NCBI GenBank assembly: GCA_964571085.1
Contig: CAZMZT010000002.1
Location: 2,784-66,783, forward strand
Direction: 5' to 3'
DNA length: 64,000 nt
Source of the DNA: an uncultured Candidatus Saccharibacteria bacterium
Lineage (GTDB): Bacteria; Patescibacteriota; Minisyncoccia; Phycocordibacterales; UBA9973
In this document: piece after piece, positions 46,542 through 57,137 of the stretch
Layout of the letters: every line of letters begins with the position of its first letter
Numbering within the stretch: position 1 is the first letter of the stretch
Translations under genes and position numbers: made by a program
The notes under the pieces: model-generated
What the model was told of the DNA's origin: nothing
The model's input: only the letters and a program-made list of their open reading frames with translations
Databases searched by the model: none

Positions 46542-49500
46542 ATGGAAAATAATACAAAAGGTAATAAATCAGAAGCAGCACTCCGCGAAGAGGGTGTTTT
46601 GGAGTTTTGGAAGGATAATGATATCTTCTCAGAGACTTTAAATCAATCTGAAGGCAAGGAAGAATTTGTCTTCTATGAAGGCCCTCCTACTGCTAACGGA
46701 AAGCCAGGTATCCACCATTTAGAAGCCCGAGCATTCAAAGACGCTATCCCTCGATACAAGACTATGAGAGGCTACCATGTTCGTCGCAAAGGGGGCTGGG
46801 ATACTCATGGGTTGCCAGTAGAACTTCAAGTAGAAAAAAAATTAGGCCTTGATTCCAAGAAAGCTATAGAAGAATACGGAATCGCAGAGTTCAACAAACA
46901 ATGTAAAGAAAGCGTATGGGAATATTTAGATATATGGAATAAATTTACCAAGCGCATAGGATACTGGGTAGACCAAGAGAATCCATATGTGACTTACCAT
47001 AACAACTACATAGAATCTGTATGGAATGTATTGAAACAAGTTGAAGATAAAAAACTTCTATATAAAGATTACAAAGTCGTACCTTGGTGTTCTCGTTGTG
47101 GTACCGCTCTTTCTTCGCATGAGCTTGCGCAAGGGTATGAAGATGTTAAAGATTTGTCAGTCTATGCGAAGTTCCCAATAGTTGGTTTTGATAAAGCGTA
47201 TTTTATTGCTTGGACTACAACTCCGTGGACATTAGCAGGTAACGTGGGGTTGGCTGTAGGACCTGATATAGATTATGTCGAAGCAAAAGTTGGAGACGAG
47301 ATATTGGTTCTAGCGAAAGAACTTCTCAGTAAGGTCACTGAACCATATGAAATAATTGCAGAGCATAAAGGTATTGAGATGGTGGGCATGGAGTACGAAC
47401 CACTTTATCCATATTTGAAAGATGCTCTACTTGTAAAGGGTGAAGATGTGAGTAAAGCGTTTAAAGTTTACGAAGCTTCATTTGTTACTACAACTGACGG
47501 TACTGGAATAGTGCATACAGCAGTTATGTATGGGCAAGAAGACTTTGATCTGGGTACAAAAGTTGGTTTACCAAAGTTCCACACAGTCGACGACACTGGG
47601 CACTTCATCAAAGGCACAGGGTTCCTAGAAGGAAGGTTCGTAAAAGATGAAGATGTGGCTGTGGATATCATTAAAGACCTTGCACATAGAGGACTACTCT
47701 TCAAGAAAGAAAAGTATGAACATTCATACCCACACTGCTGGCGATGTAAAACTCCACTTATCTACTATGCACGCGATTCTTGGTATATTCGCATGTCAGA
47801 TGCAAAGATAAAGAGTCAGTTGATAGAAGAGAATAAAACTATAAACTGGGAGCCAATGCACACTCGAGATGGGCGTTTTGGTGAGTGGCTCAAAGACATC
47901 AAAGACTGGGCAATATCACGTGAGCGTTATTGGGGTACACCACTACCTATCTGGCAGAAGGCCGACGGCAGTCGTATGGTGATAGATTCAATAGATACTC
48001 TTAAAAAGCATGTAAAGAAAAGTGGCAACAATTACTTTGTAATGCGACATGGTGGTACTGAAGGCAACCTCAAGGAACTAGTCAGCTATAAAGATCAAGA
48101 GAATGACAATCTAACTAGAGAAGGTGAAGCTCAAGTCCGACAGTCTGCAGAGAAATTGAAAGATAGCAAAATAGACCTAATCATATACTCTCCGTTTGTT
48201 CGTACCACTGAGACTGCTTCTATAGTGCGTGAAGTTTTAGGTTTAGATAAGGACCAGATGATCTCTGACCAAAGACTTATAGAAGTAGCTCCAGGAGAAT
48301 TTGATGGAAAGAACTGGAATGAATATCATGAACATTTGTATAATATGGAGCACGGATGGTTTGAAAGGAAAATCCCTGGAGGTGAATCGCTCCAAGATGT
48401 TACAGAGAGGACTGGAGCTGTGCTGTATGACCTTGAGGACAAGTACTCTGATAAAAATATTTTGATAATTACTCATGGCGGCCCAGCATGGACTATGTAT
48501 GTAGCGGCTGGTCTGTATGAGAAGCGTAATACTGAATATAAGAAAGCAGACACCCATGTATTCGTCAAAGAATTCCAGAGGTTCGACAATGCAGAGGTTC
48601 GTAGTCTACCTTTTGTTCCATTGCCACACAACAAATTTAATATTGTAGATTTACACAGACCTTATATTGATGAAGTTGAGCTTATGGATGAAGAAGGTAG
48701 TTCGATGATTCGCGTGAAAGAAGTAATGGATGTATGGTTCGACTCTGGCGCTATGCCTTTTGCCCAAGATCATTATCCATTTGAAAATAAGGAGTGGGTA
48801 GATGGCAAAGGATTCCCAGCGGACTATATTTCAGAAGCGATCGACCAGACTCGTGGATGGTTCTATACATTGCATGCTGTAGGGGTCCTGATGGGGCGTG
48901 GCAAAGCCTACAAGAACGTCATCTGCCTTGGGCACATCCTTGATGATAAAGGGAAGAAGATGTCCAAATCGCAGGGCAACATTGTAGACCCATGGCTCAT
49001 GATAGAGAAGTACGGCGTAGACACTCTTCGTATGTGGATGTATTCAGTCAACCAACCAGGTGAATCCAAGAACTTCGACGAGAAGACCGTAGCTCTACTT
49101 CATCAGCAGGTATTTAAACTTCTATACAATGTGCTGGCTTTCTATGAACTCTACAGAGATAAAGATTTAGAGGGTGATGAATACAAAGAGTCAGGCAACA
49201 TCCTCGATCAGTGGATAGTGGTAAGACTTACTGAACTCACTGACCTTGCAACCAAGAACCTGGATAATTATAAACTTCTTGAACCTACACGCGCGATACG
49301 TGAATTCATAGACGACCTCTCTACTTGGTACCTTCGTCGTTCACGCGACAGAATAAAGGAAGCAAATACGAAAGATAGTAAAGAAGCAAAGCAGACTCTA
49401 TACTTTGTATTGAAGAACTTAGCTAAACTTATGGCCCCACTTGCGCCGTTTACTGCTGAAGATATCTGGCAAAAGTTAAGGAATGATAAAGACGAAGATA

Positions 49501-50006
49501 GTGTGCATCTAAGCAAATGGCCTGTGGGGGGAGATGTTAGCTTGAAAATTTTAGAGAAAATGGAAACAGCCCGATCTATAATTACCCAAGGATTAGAACT
49601 TCGCCAGAAATCAGGAATCAAAATTCGACAACCGCTCCAGTCGCTTTCTTTTGAAGCAATCGAACTGGAACAGTACTACGGCATTATCAAGGACGAATTA
49701 AACGTAAAACAAATTATTTCAGGTATCCTTGCTCTTGATACAGAAATTACTCCAGAACTTAAACAAGAAGGCCAGTATCGCGAGGTTGTTCGTGCTGTTC
49801 AAGACATGCGTAAAGCGGAGGGACTCAGCCCGAGTGATGTGGTAGTGCTTGAAGTTGCAACCAATACTGATGGCCAAGAAATAATAAATAAATTTAAAGC
49901 TGAATTGATAAAAATCGTCGGTGCAAGCGAAGTGAAAATTGCTGAGAATGAGGGAACTGAAGTAAAGATTGATGAGTTAGTATTTAGAATAAATATCATA
50001 AAATGA
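46542..50006 (+). CDS. ileS: Isoleucine--tRNA ligase with an inserted histidine-phosphatase (PGAM-like) domain
   Basis: Class I motifs are ...PPTANGKPGIHHLEAR... (HIGH-type) and KMSKSQGN. The CP1 editing region is present, then DWAISRERYWGTPLP and DVWFDSG. Between the last two motifs sits ...NYFVMRHGGTEGN...YSPFVRTTETA...ITHGGPAW..., a complete RHG...HG phosphatase signature at ~48020..48660. Confidence 0.85.
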   Translation: MENNTKGNKSEAALREEGVLEFWKDNDIFSETLNQSEGKEEFVFYEGPPTANGKPGIHHLEARAFKDAIPRYKTMRGYHVRRKGGWDTHGLPVELQVEKKLGLDSKKAIEEYGIAEFNKQCKESVWEYLDIWNKFTKRIGYWVDQENPYVTYHNNYIESVWNVLKQVEDKKLLYKDYKVVPWCSRCGTALSSHELAQGYEDVKDLSVYAKFPIVGFDKAYFIAWTTTPWTLAGNVGLAVGPDIDYVEAKVGDEILVLAKELLSKVTEPYEIIAEHKGIEMVGMEYEPLYPYLKDALLVKGEDVSKAFKVYEASFVTTTDGTGIVHTAVMYGQEDFDLGTKVGLPKFHTVDDTGHFIKGTGFLEGRFVKDEDVAVDIIKDLAHRGLLFKKEKYEHSYPHCWRCKTPLIYYARDSWYIRMSDAKIKSQLIEENKTINWEPMHTRDGRFGEWLKDIKDWAISRERYWGTPLPIWQKADGSRMVIDSIDTLKKHVKKSGNNYFVMRHGGTEGNLKELVSYKDQENDNLTREGEAQVRQSAEKLKDSKIDLIIYSPFVRTTETASIVREVLGLDKDQMISDQRLIEVAPGEFDGKNWNEYHEHLYNMEHGWFERKIPGGESLQDVTERTGAVLYDLEDKYSDKNILIITHGGPAWTMYVAAGLYEKRNTEYKKADTHVFVKEFQRFDNAEVRSLPFVPLPHNKFNIVDLHRPYIDEVELMDEEGSSMIRVKEVMDVWFDSGAMPFAQDHYPFENKEWVDGKGFPADYISEAIDQTRGWFYTLHAVGVLMGRGKAYKNVICLGHILDDKGKKMSKSQGNIVDPWLMIEKYGVDTLRMWMYSVNQPGESKNFDEKTVALLHQQVFKLLYNVLAFYELYRDKDLEGDEYKESGNILDQWIVVRLTELTDLATKNLDNYKLLEPTRAIREFIDDLSTWYLRRSRDRIKEANTKDSKEAKQTLYFVLKNLAKLMAPLAPFTAEDIWQKLRNDKDEDSVHLSKWPVGGDVSLKILEKMETARSIITQGLELRQKSGIKIRQPLQSLSFEAIELEQYYGIIKDELNVKQIISGILALDTEITPELKQEGQYREVVRAVQDMRKAEGLSPSDVVVLEVATNTDGQEIINKFKAELIKIVGASEVKIAENEGTEVKIDELVFRINIIK

Positions 50007-50464
50007 TAAAAGTTAATCAAACAGCATTTGGTGTGGTAACCGCTATCAAAGAAGATGGCGAATATAAATTCTTGTTATTGTTACAAAGTAGAAAATACCA
50101 AAACTGGAGTTTTCCTAAGGGTAAGACTGAAGAAGGGGAAACTGATCCTCTCTCAATCGCTATGCGTGAGCTGGGCGAGGAGACGGGTATTACAGAAATC
50201 GAGATTCTAGACTTCCCACTAATAGAAGAAGAGTACGAGTTGGTACGGAAAGATAAGATTTTCTCTAGGACTAATAAGTACTTCTTAGGAATAGTAAAAA
50301 GTAAATCTGTGACAGTACAAGAAGGAGAAATTTTCGACTATAAGTGGGCAACTTATGATGAAGCATTTGAAACCGCTGTTTTTCAAAGAGAAACTCGATT
50401 GAAAGTTCTAAAGGAAGCCAAAGAATACCTAGATGAATATGATTCAAAAAATGTGGTAAAATAG
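50003..50464 (+). CDS. Nudix hydrolase
   Basis: The Nudix box is ...FPKGKTEEGETDPLSIAMRELGEETGI.... Confidence 0.7.
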   Translation: MIKVNQTAFGVVTAIKEDGEYKFLLLLQSRKYQNWSFPKGKTEEGETDPLSIAMRELGEETGITEIEILDFPLIEEEYELVRKDKIFSRTNKYFLGIVKSKSVTVQEGEIFDYKWATYDEAFETAVFQRETRLKVLKEAKEYLDEYDSKNVVK

Positions 50465-50468
50465 ATTC

Positions 50469-50861
50469 ATGAAGACTATTCTAGTAGATGCAGTATATTG
50501 CTTTGTTGTTAAAGACGAAGGCAAATTTGGCATATTTGACCAAATGCATGATTTACTTGAAAAATATCCTAACAATAAAATAATTCTTACCAATGCAAGT
50601 GACGATAAATTTGAAGAGTATGGTTTTCACAACATGCCTTATGAAGTATTTACACTAAAGCATAATCCAGAAAAAACAGATCCAGAATACTTTATAAAAT
50701 TATTGAATCATTTAAACCTGGGTGCAAAAGATGTTGTATACTTTGAACATAACATTGAGGCAGTTAAGAGCGCTCAATCGGTCGGCATAATTTCATATTT
50801 TTATGATGAAAACAAAAGAGACCTAATAAGATTAGAGACTTTTCTTGCTAAAAATTTGTAA
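50469..50861 (+). CDS. Small HAD-like hydrolase-fold protein (tentative)
   Basis: 130 aa. The N-terminus ILVDAVYCFV and the ...VVYFEHN... pattern are HAD-like but degenerate. Confidence 0.3.
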   Translation: MKTILVDAVYCFVVKDEGKFGIFDQMHDLLEKYPNNKIILTNASDDKFEEYGFHNMPYEVFTLKHNPEKTDPEYFIKLLNHLNLGAKDVVYFEHNIEAVKSAQSVGIISYFYDENKRDLIRLETFLAKNL

Positions 50862-50867
50862 TATAAT

Positions 50868-51452
50868 ATGCACCACATTTACCACACACATGGATTTGTA
50901 CTGAGCTCTCGCAATAGTGGCGAGGCGAACAAAATGCTCACTATATATACTCGCGAGATGGGGTTGGTGCGGTGTGCAGTCCAAGGTGTGCGACTACACA
51001 AGTCCAAACTTCGCTTTGCTATTCAAGACTTCTCTTATGCCAATGTGGACCTGGTGCGGGGTAGGGATGTATGGCGGGTAACTTCAGCTACCAACATCAC
51101 TTCGTTCCCATACGCACGTGCCGAAAGAGAGTCACTCCTACTCATCGCTCGCATTAGCAAGCTCATCGAGAGGCTCTGCGATGGTGAAGAAGCCAACGAG
51201 AGAATATTCGACGACTTTATCCAAGCTCTCTACCTCCTCGATGACCCAGAACTTGTGCCCGGGACTCGTACAGCACTAGAGCTCCACCTAGTTCTGCGGA
51301 TTATGAATACACTAGGATACATTGGTGATTCTGAAGTTCTGGCTCAATACCTCTCAGTACCGTTTGATGGAGTGCAGACAGAAAGCTTGCTCAAGGAAAG
51401 GCAGTCTATAATATCGCATATAAACAAGGCTCTAAACGAAAGCCAGCTTTAA
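50868..51452 (+). CDS. recO: DNA repair protein RecO
   Basis: ...HGFVLSSRNSGEANKMLTIYTREMGLVRCAVQG... is the RecO N-terminal OB-fold pattern. Confidence 0.7.
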   Translation: MHHIYHTHGFVLSSRNSGEANKMLTIYTREMGLVRCAVQGVRLHKSKLRFAIQDFSYANVDLVRGRDVWRVTSATNITSFPYARAERESLLLIARISKLIERLCDGEEANERIFDDFIQALYLLDDPELVPGTRTALELHLVLRIMNTLGYIGDSEVLAQYLSVPFDGVQTESLLKERQSIISHINKALNESQL

Positions 51453-51485
51453 AATAAGGTCTACTATGCTATAATAAGGTTTACA

Positions 51486-53393
51486 ATGCCTGACGATAAA
51501 CATAAAATCGAAGATATAAAGCGACGACTCTATGACCGCGAAGACACTGTATCGGGCAGACCGCATGTAGGTGTGCTCCACCCTATAGACCACAAAGTAG
51601 ACACAGCATGGAAGAGCGACACACCACCAGTTAGCAACAATAATTCATTCTCACTAGACAGCAATATGAAGAAACCACCTACATCATTCTTTAAAAAGTT
51701 CTTTATTGGAGCGATCGTTTTCTTTTTCTGCTCACTTATGTTTGCTGGGTACATGTTCTATAGTGGTGGCGTATCAGTATCAAGTGAGAACATAGATATC
51801 ATTGTTCTCGGCAATGCATTTACTAAAGGAGGCGAAGAACTTCCACTCCAGATCGAGATAATAAACCGCAACAAAGCCAAGCTTGAACTTGCAAACCTTG
51901 TTATATCCTATCCTCGAGGTGCCAGTGATAGTACCGCAGACATGATTCGACTCCCTCGTGAATCTATAGGCACAATAAATGCTGGTGACACTATTACTCG
52001 CAATGCAAGTGTGTCGCTCTTTGGTGATGAGAAGTCTATCCGTAATGTAAAGATAAGTTTGGAGTACCATCCCGAAGGTTCGAATGCTATATTTACCAAA
52101 GATGTTATATACCCAGTGACCATAAGTTCTGCGCCACTCTCACTACTACTTGATGCACCTGACCAAGTCACATCTGATCAACTTACGACAATCAAGGTCA
52201 CTGCATCTTTGAACACTTCACTTCCAGAAGGCGCCACCATGCTCCAAGTTGCATATCCAAATGGATTCGTGTTTGATAGCGCTGTTCCTACGCCAAGTGT
52301 TGGCAACTCTGTTTGGAATCTATCAGAACTTACTACTACCAACCCTGTGTCTATAGAAGTTAAAGGCCGAATAATAGGCCAAGATGGGGAAGACAAGGTT
52401 TTTCATGTGTATGCCGGAACTACTAGTCCAACAGATCAATCCAAGGTAAATGTAGTCTACAACTCACTACTACATAGTATGAAGATAGCCAAGCCGTTCC
52501 TAGAAGCTCGAATACTAGTAAACAACCAAGACCTCACTACATATACTGCAAGTAGCAGTGAGACCATCCAAGGCGAAGTGTCATGGACCAACAACCTTCC
52601 GTCACGGATTACTGATGGGCAGATCATAGTCACACTCTCAGGCAATGCTCTAGATAAAAGCAGTGTAAATCCACTCGAAGGATTCTATGACTCAGCCAAC
52701 AATCAGATAATCTGGGACAAGAACACGATATCTGACTTTGCAAGCATCGAGCCAGGAGCAAGCGGAACTGTCAGCTTCAACTTCAAGTCCATCTCGCTCT
52801 TGGGCCCTTCGGTCACTATCAAAGACCCACAGATAGCGCTCGATGTCAGTATCCGTGGCAGGCAACCATCACTAGGCTCTACATATACTGATGTCAACAA
52901 CTTTGCGAAGAAGGTGGTAAAGATACTCTCTGACTTCCAGATAGCGTCATCGGGTTCATATGCTTCTGGGGCACTTCCACCAAAAGCAGAAACAGAAACC
53001 AAGTACACCATAACTTGGACACTCTCCAACTCTGCAAACAACATTACTTCTGCGCAAGCACGCTCTGTACTACCTATATATGTAAAGTGGGGAGGTGTGT
53101 CTGGTGCAGGTGAAGATGTGAAGTACAACGAAGTCACTCGTGAAGTAGTATGGAACATCGGCTCTGTAAGACCAAACACAGGGTTCGGATCCAACCGAGA
53201 AGCATCATTCAACTTACTACTCAAGCCTTCGACTTCTCAGATAGGGAGCGTACCTCAGCTCATGAAAGACACATTCCTCACTGGTACAGATGCGTTTACA
53301 GGAACTCCTGTGAAGAGTAAGCGTGGACCTATCACAACATTATTATCCAATGACCCGAGTTTCCAATCTGGAAACGAACGTGTTATACAGTAG
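51486..53393 (+). CDS. Large membrane-anchored extracellular protein (hypothetical)
   Basis: There is a single TM at ~aa 70-90 (FFIGAIVFFFCSLMFAGYMF), then ~540 aa that are Ser/Thr-rich and beta-rich. Confidence 0.4.
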   Translation: MPDDKHKIEDIKRRLYDREDTVSGRPHVGVLHPIDHKVDTAWKSDTPPVSNNNSFSLDSNMKKPPTSFFKKFFIGAIVFFFCSLMFAGYMFYSGGVSVSSENIDIIVLGNAFTKGGEELPLQIEIINRNKAKLELANLVISYPRGASDSTADMIRLPRESIGTINAGDTITRNASVSLFGDEKSIRNVKISLEYHPEGSNAIFTKDVIYPVTISSAPLSLLLDAPDQVTSDQLTTIKVTASLNTSLPEGATMLQVAYPNGFVFDSAVPTPSVGNSVWNLSELTTTNPVSIEVKGRIIGQDGEDKVFHVYAGTTSPTDQSKVNVVYNSLLHSMKIAKPFLEARILVNNQDLTTYTASSSETIQGEVSWTNNLPSRITDGQIIVTLSGNALDKSSVNPLEGFYDSANNQIIWDKNTISDFASIEPGASGTVSFNFKSISLLGPSVTIKDPQIALDVSIRGRQPSLGSTYTDVNNFAKKVVKILSDFQIASSGSYASGALPPKAETETKYTITWTLSNSANNITSAQARSVLPIYVKWGGVSGAGEDVKYNEVTREVVWNIGSVRPNTGFGSNREASFNLLLKPSTSQIGSVPQLMKDTFLTGTDAFTGTPVKSKRGPITTLLSNDPSFQSGNERVIQ

Positions 53394-53400
53394 AGAGTAT

Positions 53401-54696
53401 ATGGAAAAACAAGACAATAAAATGGAAAAGATAATATCATTAGCCAAGCGCCGGGGCTTTGTATACCAAGGCTCTGAGATCTATGGCGGGCTTGCAGGTA
53501 CTTGGGACTACGGTCCTCTAGGAGTAGCTATCAAGAACAACATCAAGGATGCATGGCGCAAGAAGTTCGTATCATCTCGCGATGATATGTACGAAGTAGA
53601 TGCTGCTATACTGATGAACTCTAAAGTCTGGGAGGCATCTGGCCACGTGGCTGGATTCTCGGATCCACTGGTTGAATGCAGTAAATGTAAACGTCGTTTC
53701 CGCGCTGATCAACTTGATGATCCAAAGGTTTGTCCTGACTGTAAAGGTACACTCGGTGAAGCACGCCAGTTCAACATGATGTTCGCCACTCAGATTGGTG
53801 CGATGGAGGATTCATCAGCGACTGTGTACTTGCGACCTGAAACTGCCCAAGGAGTATTTGTAAACTTCAAAAACATTGTAGACTCCTTCCATCCAAAGCT
53901 TCCTTTTGGAATAGCACAGATAGGTAAAGCATTCCGCAATGAGATAACTCCTCGCGACTTTGTGTTCCGAGTACGTGAACTGGAGCAGATGGAAGTAGAG
54001 TACTTTATACGTCCAGAGGATTGGGAGAAGCATTTCCTCTACTGGCGTGACTCTGTTGTAGAATTTGTTGAGCAACTTGGACTTGATATGGCGCTCCTTC
54101 ACGAAGTAGAAGTAGGGGACGGTGACCGCGCTCACTATTCCAAACGCACTATCGACTTTGAGTTTGACTTCCCGTTTGGACAGAAAGAACTCTTGGGCCT
54201 CGCATACCGCGGTAGCTTTGACTTAGATAATCACAAGCTAGACTACATAGATGAAGAAGCCAAAGAAAAGATAGTGCCTCATGTTATCGAGCCATCTATG
54301 GGAGTGGACCGCATGATGCTCGCACTTATGGTGTCTGCATATAGAGAGGATGAGCAGAATGGAGATACGAGGAGCTACCTTGCCTTCAAGCCTTCAGTTG
54401 CACCTGTTATCTGTGCAGTGTCACCACTTCTAAAGAACAAACCAGAACTCGTAGAGAAAGCTCGCATCGTATACGGCGAGCTCAAAGCGGAGTTCGGCCG
54501 AGTCATGTGGGACGACAATGGCAACATAGGCAAACGCTACCGCAGACAAGACGAGATAGGCACACCATACTGCATTGTCATAGACTTCGATACACTAACA
54601 GATGACGCAGTGACTATCCGCGATCGAGACACAGGAGTCCAAGAGCGTATCAGTGTTTCAAAAATTGTTGAATATATAAAGGATAAACTAAATTAA
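53401..54696 (+). CDS. glyQS: Glycine--tRNA ligase (homodimeric class II type)
   Basis: ...LAKRRGFVYQGSEIYGGLAGTWDYGPLG... is the class II motif region. The size fits glyQS. Confidence 0.9.
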   Translation: MEKQDNKMEKIISLAKRRGFVYQGSEIYGGLAGTWDYGPLGVAIKNNIKDAWRKKFVSSRDDMYEVDAAILMNSKVWEASGHVAGFSDPLVECSKCKRRFRADQLDDPKVCPDCKGTLGEARQFNMMFATQIGAMEDSSATVYLRPETAQGVFVNFKNIVDSFHPKLPFGIAQIGKAFRNEITPRDFVFRVRELEQMEVEYFIRPEDWEKHFLYWRDSVVEFVEQLGLDMALLHEVEVGDGDRAHYSKRTIDFEFDFPFGQKELLGLAYRGSFDLDNHKLDYIDEEAKEKIVPHVIEPSMGVDRMMLALMVSAYREDEQNGDTRSYLAFKPSVAPVICAVSPLLKNKPELVEKARIVYGELKAEFGRVMWDDNGNIGKRYRRQDEIGTPYCIVIDFDTLTDDAVTIRDRDTGVQERISVSKIVEYIKDKLN

Positions 54697-54697
54697 T

Positions 54698-55132
54698 ATG
54701 CAGAAAGGAATTGATTATGTAGGTATTACTGTCTCATACTTATGTCATGATGGGCAGGGTAACTTTGTTATGAATAAGCGCAGCACTAATTGTCGTGATG
54801 AGCATGGAGCTTGGGATTTTGGTGGTGGTGGTGTAGATTTTGGCGACACAATTGAGCAGACTCTTTTAAAAGAAGTAAAAGAAGAATATTGTGTAGAACC
54901 TTCTTCTTATGAATTCATGGGATATTTTGACATATTTCGTACTCATAATAATAAGAAGACCCACTGGCTATCAATGATTTTTTTGGTAGAAGTAAATAGA
55001 GATGAATTACAAAATGGTGAGCCACATAAATTTGAAGAAATTAAATGGGTAAGATTGGATAGTTTACCCACTCCACTTCATACTGCATGGCAGTATGTTC
55101 TACCAAAGATTATAGATAAACTACCAAAGTAA
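54698..55132 (+). CDS. Nudix hydrolase
   Basis: ...GGGVDFGDTIEQTLLKEVKEEYCV.... Confidence 0.65.
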   Translation: MQKGIDYVGITVSYLCHDGQGNFVMNKRSTNCRDEHGAWDFGGGGVDFGDTIEQTLLKEVKEEYCVEPSSYEFMGYFDIFRTHNNKKTHWLSMIFLVEVNRDELQNGEPHKFEEIKWVRLDSLPTPLHTAWQYVLPKIIDKLPK

Positions 55133-55186
55133 AGATTTTGACAAGTATCCTAGTATCTAGTATTGTGAACAAAAAACTAGATAACT

Positions 55187-55759
55187 ATGCCAAGATACCT
55201 CCTTACCTTTACAGGACCGAGAGGTGCTGGCAAGGATACAGCACTTGGAAAAGTGTTGGAAGAATACCCTAGAATTCACAGGATTGTCCCGTGCACTACA
55301 AGATCGCCTCGCATTGGAGAAGTTAATGGAATACATCAGTATTTTATTTCAGAACAAGTTTTTGCTGAAAAAGAAAGGAATTGCGAATTTGTTTTTGTTA
55401 ATCCAATGAATGATAGTGGCTACCGCTCAGGAACATTAAAATCAGAACTCCTACATGATATATGTGCTGTAGATATAACAGCATATGGAGCAAATATCAT
55501 GCGTGACTACGTTCTTTTAAATGGAGGTTCTGTTCTTTCGTTTTTCATTTATGCAGGCTATCGTACTCGTTATAAAAGAATAAGAAAAAGGCAACCTGAT
55601 AAAACTCCACTTGAAGTTAAGCAAATGATGATAGGTGATCCTACAATACCTAATCCAGAATCTCACCCTGATTGGTATAAAAAGATTCACAATCCAAATA
55701 AGGGATTGGAACAGGCTTTGAATAATGTTTATTCATATATTGATGAATTTTTAAAATAA
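55187..55759 (+). CDS. Guanylate kinase-like P-loop kinase
   Basis: TGPRGAGKDT is the P-loop. ...PCTTRSPRIGEVNGIHQYF... matches the TTR-PR-GE-G-Y-F motif. Confidence 0.55.
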   Translation: MPRYLLTFTGPRGAGKDTALGKVLEEYPRIHRIVPCTTRSPRIGEVNGIHQYFISEQVFAEKERNCEFVFVNPMNDSGYRSGTLKSELLHDICAVDITAYGANIMRDYVLLNGGSVLSFFIYAGYRTRYKRIRKRQPDKTPLEVKQMMIGDPTIPNPESHPDWYKKIHNPNKGLEQALNNVYSYIDEFLK

Positions 55760-55832
55760 TCTCCTGTTTAGTAGGAAGAGCTGATTTATCAGCTCTTTTT
55801 TATGTCATACTTTTATGTGATATATTGAATAT

Positions 55833-57104
55833 ATGACCAAACCAATAAAGAAAACATTAAAGAACGGCTTGCGGGTTATAACAGTGCCAATGAAAGACAA
55901 CCCGACAGTCACAGTGCTTGTGCTTGTAGGTACAGGGAGCGACTATGAGGAGAAGAAGGTGAATGGCATCTCGCACTTCCTCGAGCACATGTGCTTCAAA
56001 GGTACAATCAAAAGGCCAAATGCACAGGCTATATCGAACGAGCTTGATGCACTCGGTTGCCAATACAACGCCTTCACAGATCATGAAATGACTGGCTACT
56101 ATGCTAAAAGTGATGCCAAGAATTTCAAGAAGGTTTTTGATGTAGTTTCAGATATTTACTTGAACTCTACATTCCCAGAGGCAGAGATAGAGAAGGAGAA
56201 AGGTGTGATAGTAGAGGAGATAAACATGTACGAGGACATGCCAGCACGCCACGCCGTAGACCTATTCCAAGAAGTCCTGTATGGTGACCAGCCAGCAGGC
56301 AGAAACATTGCTGGCACCAAAGATCGCGTGCGTGCCATGACTCGCAATGACTTTGTAAAGTACAAGAAAGAACACTACGTGGCCAAAGGTACAGTAATAG
56401 TCGTCTGTGGAAGTGTCACAAAAGCAGAAGTAGACAAAGAAGTCGCCAAGCATTTCTCGAATGTCCCGACAGGTCAGAAAGGCAATAAAGTAAAAACAAA
56501 GGACGCCCAGACAAAGCCAAAAGCATTTGTGAAATATAAAGATACAGATCAGACCCACTTTGTGCTAGGAGTGCGTTCGTTCCCACTGTTCGACAAACGC
56601 AACTATCAGTTACTTTTATTAGGCGCAGTACTGGGCGCAGGGATGAGTTCACGGTTGTTTATAAAACTACGTGATGAGATGGGTGTGGCTTACTATGTGC
56701 GTGCTTACAACGATGCGTCTATTGACCATGGAAGCTTTCAAATATCTGCTGGTGTCAACAACGCTCGCACAGAAGAAGTTATAAAAGAAATATTGAAAGA
56801 ATGCACTAGACTTGTGAAGGAAAAGGTCACTGACCGCGAACTGACAAAAGTTAAATCATTCTTGGTGGGGAACATGAAGCTGTCGCTTGAAGCCACAGAT
56901 GATGTTGCCAATTTTTACGGTACCCAGGAACTCATGCGTAGGGATGTCAAAACTCTCGACGAGAAGATAAAAGCAATTATGAAGGTAACTCCAGCTGAAA
57001 TCCAGAAAATGGCTCAAACAATATTTAAAAACAAGAACCTAAATCTCGCTCTCATAGGCCCATACAAAGAAAGCAGTAAATTACAGAAAATTCTAACATT
57101 TTAG
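55833..57104 (+). CDS. M16-family (pitrilysin-like) zinc peptidase
   Basis: The inverted zinc motif HFLEHMCFKGT (HxxEH) is present. The protein is 423 aa. Confidence 0.8.
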   Translation: MTKPIKKTLKNGLRVITVPMKDNPTVTVLVLVGTGSDYEEKKVNGISHFLEHMCFKGTIKRPNAQAISNELDALGCQYNAFTDHEMTGYYAKSDAKNFKKVFDVVSDIYLNSTFPEAEIEKEKGVIVEEINMYEDMPARHAVDLFQEVLYGDQPAGRNIAGTKDRVRAMTRNDFVKYKKEHYVAKGTVIVVCGSVTKAEVDKEVAKHFSNVPTGQKGNKVKTKDAQTKPKAFVKYKDTDQTHFVLGVRSFPLFDKRNYQLLLLGAVLGAGMSSRLFIKLRDEMGVAYYVRAYNDASIDHGSFQISAGVNNARTEEVIKEILKECTRLVKEKVTDRELTKVKSFLVGNMKLSLEATDDVANFYGTQELMRRDVKTLDEKIKAIMKVTPAEIQKMAQTIFKNKNLNLALIGPYKESSKLQKILTF

Positions 57105-57137
57105 GTACAGACTAGCAGATTGTGGTAAAATACTCAT

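Noticed and set aside
53323-53400. ORF-track start of glyQS at 53323, overlapping the upstream gene
   Set aside because: The region overlaps the 3' end of 51486..53393, and the conserved GlyRS N-terminus begins after the Met at 53401. The start was moved.
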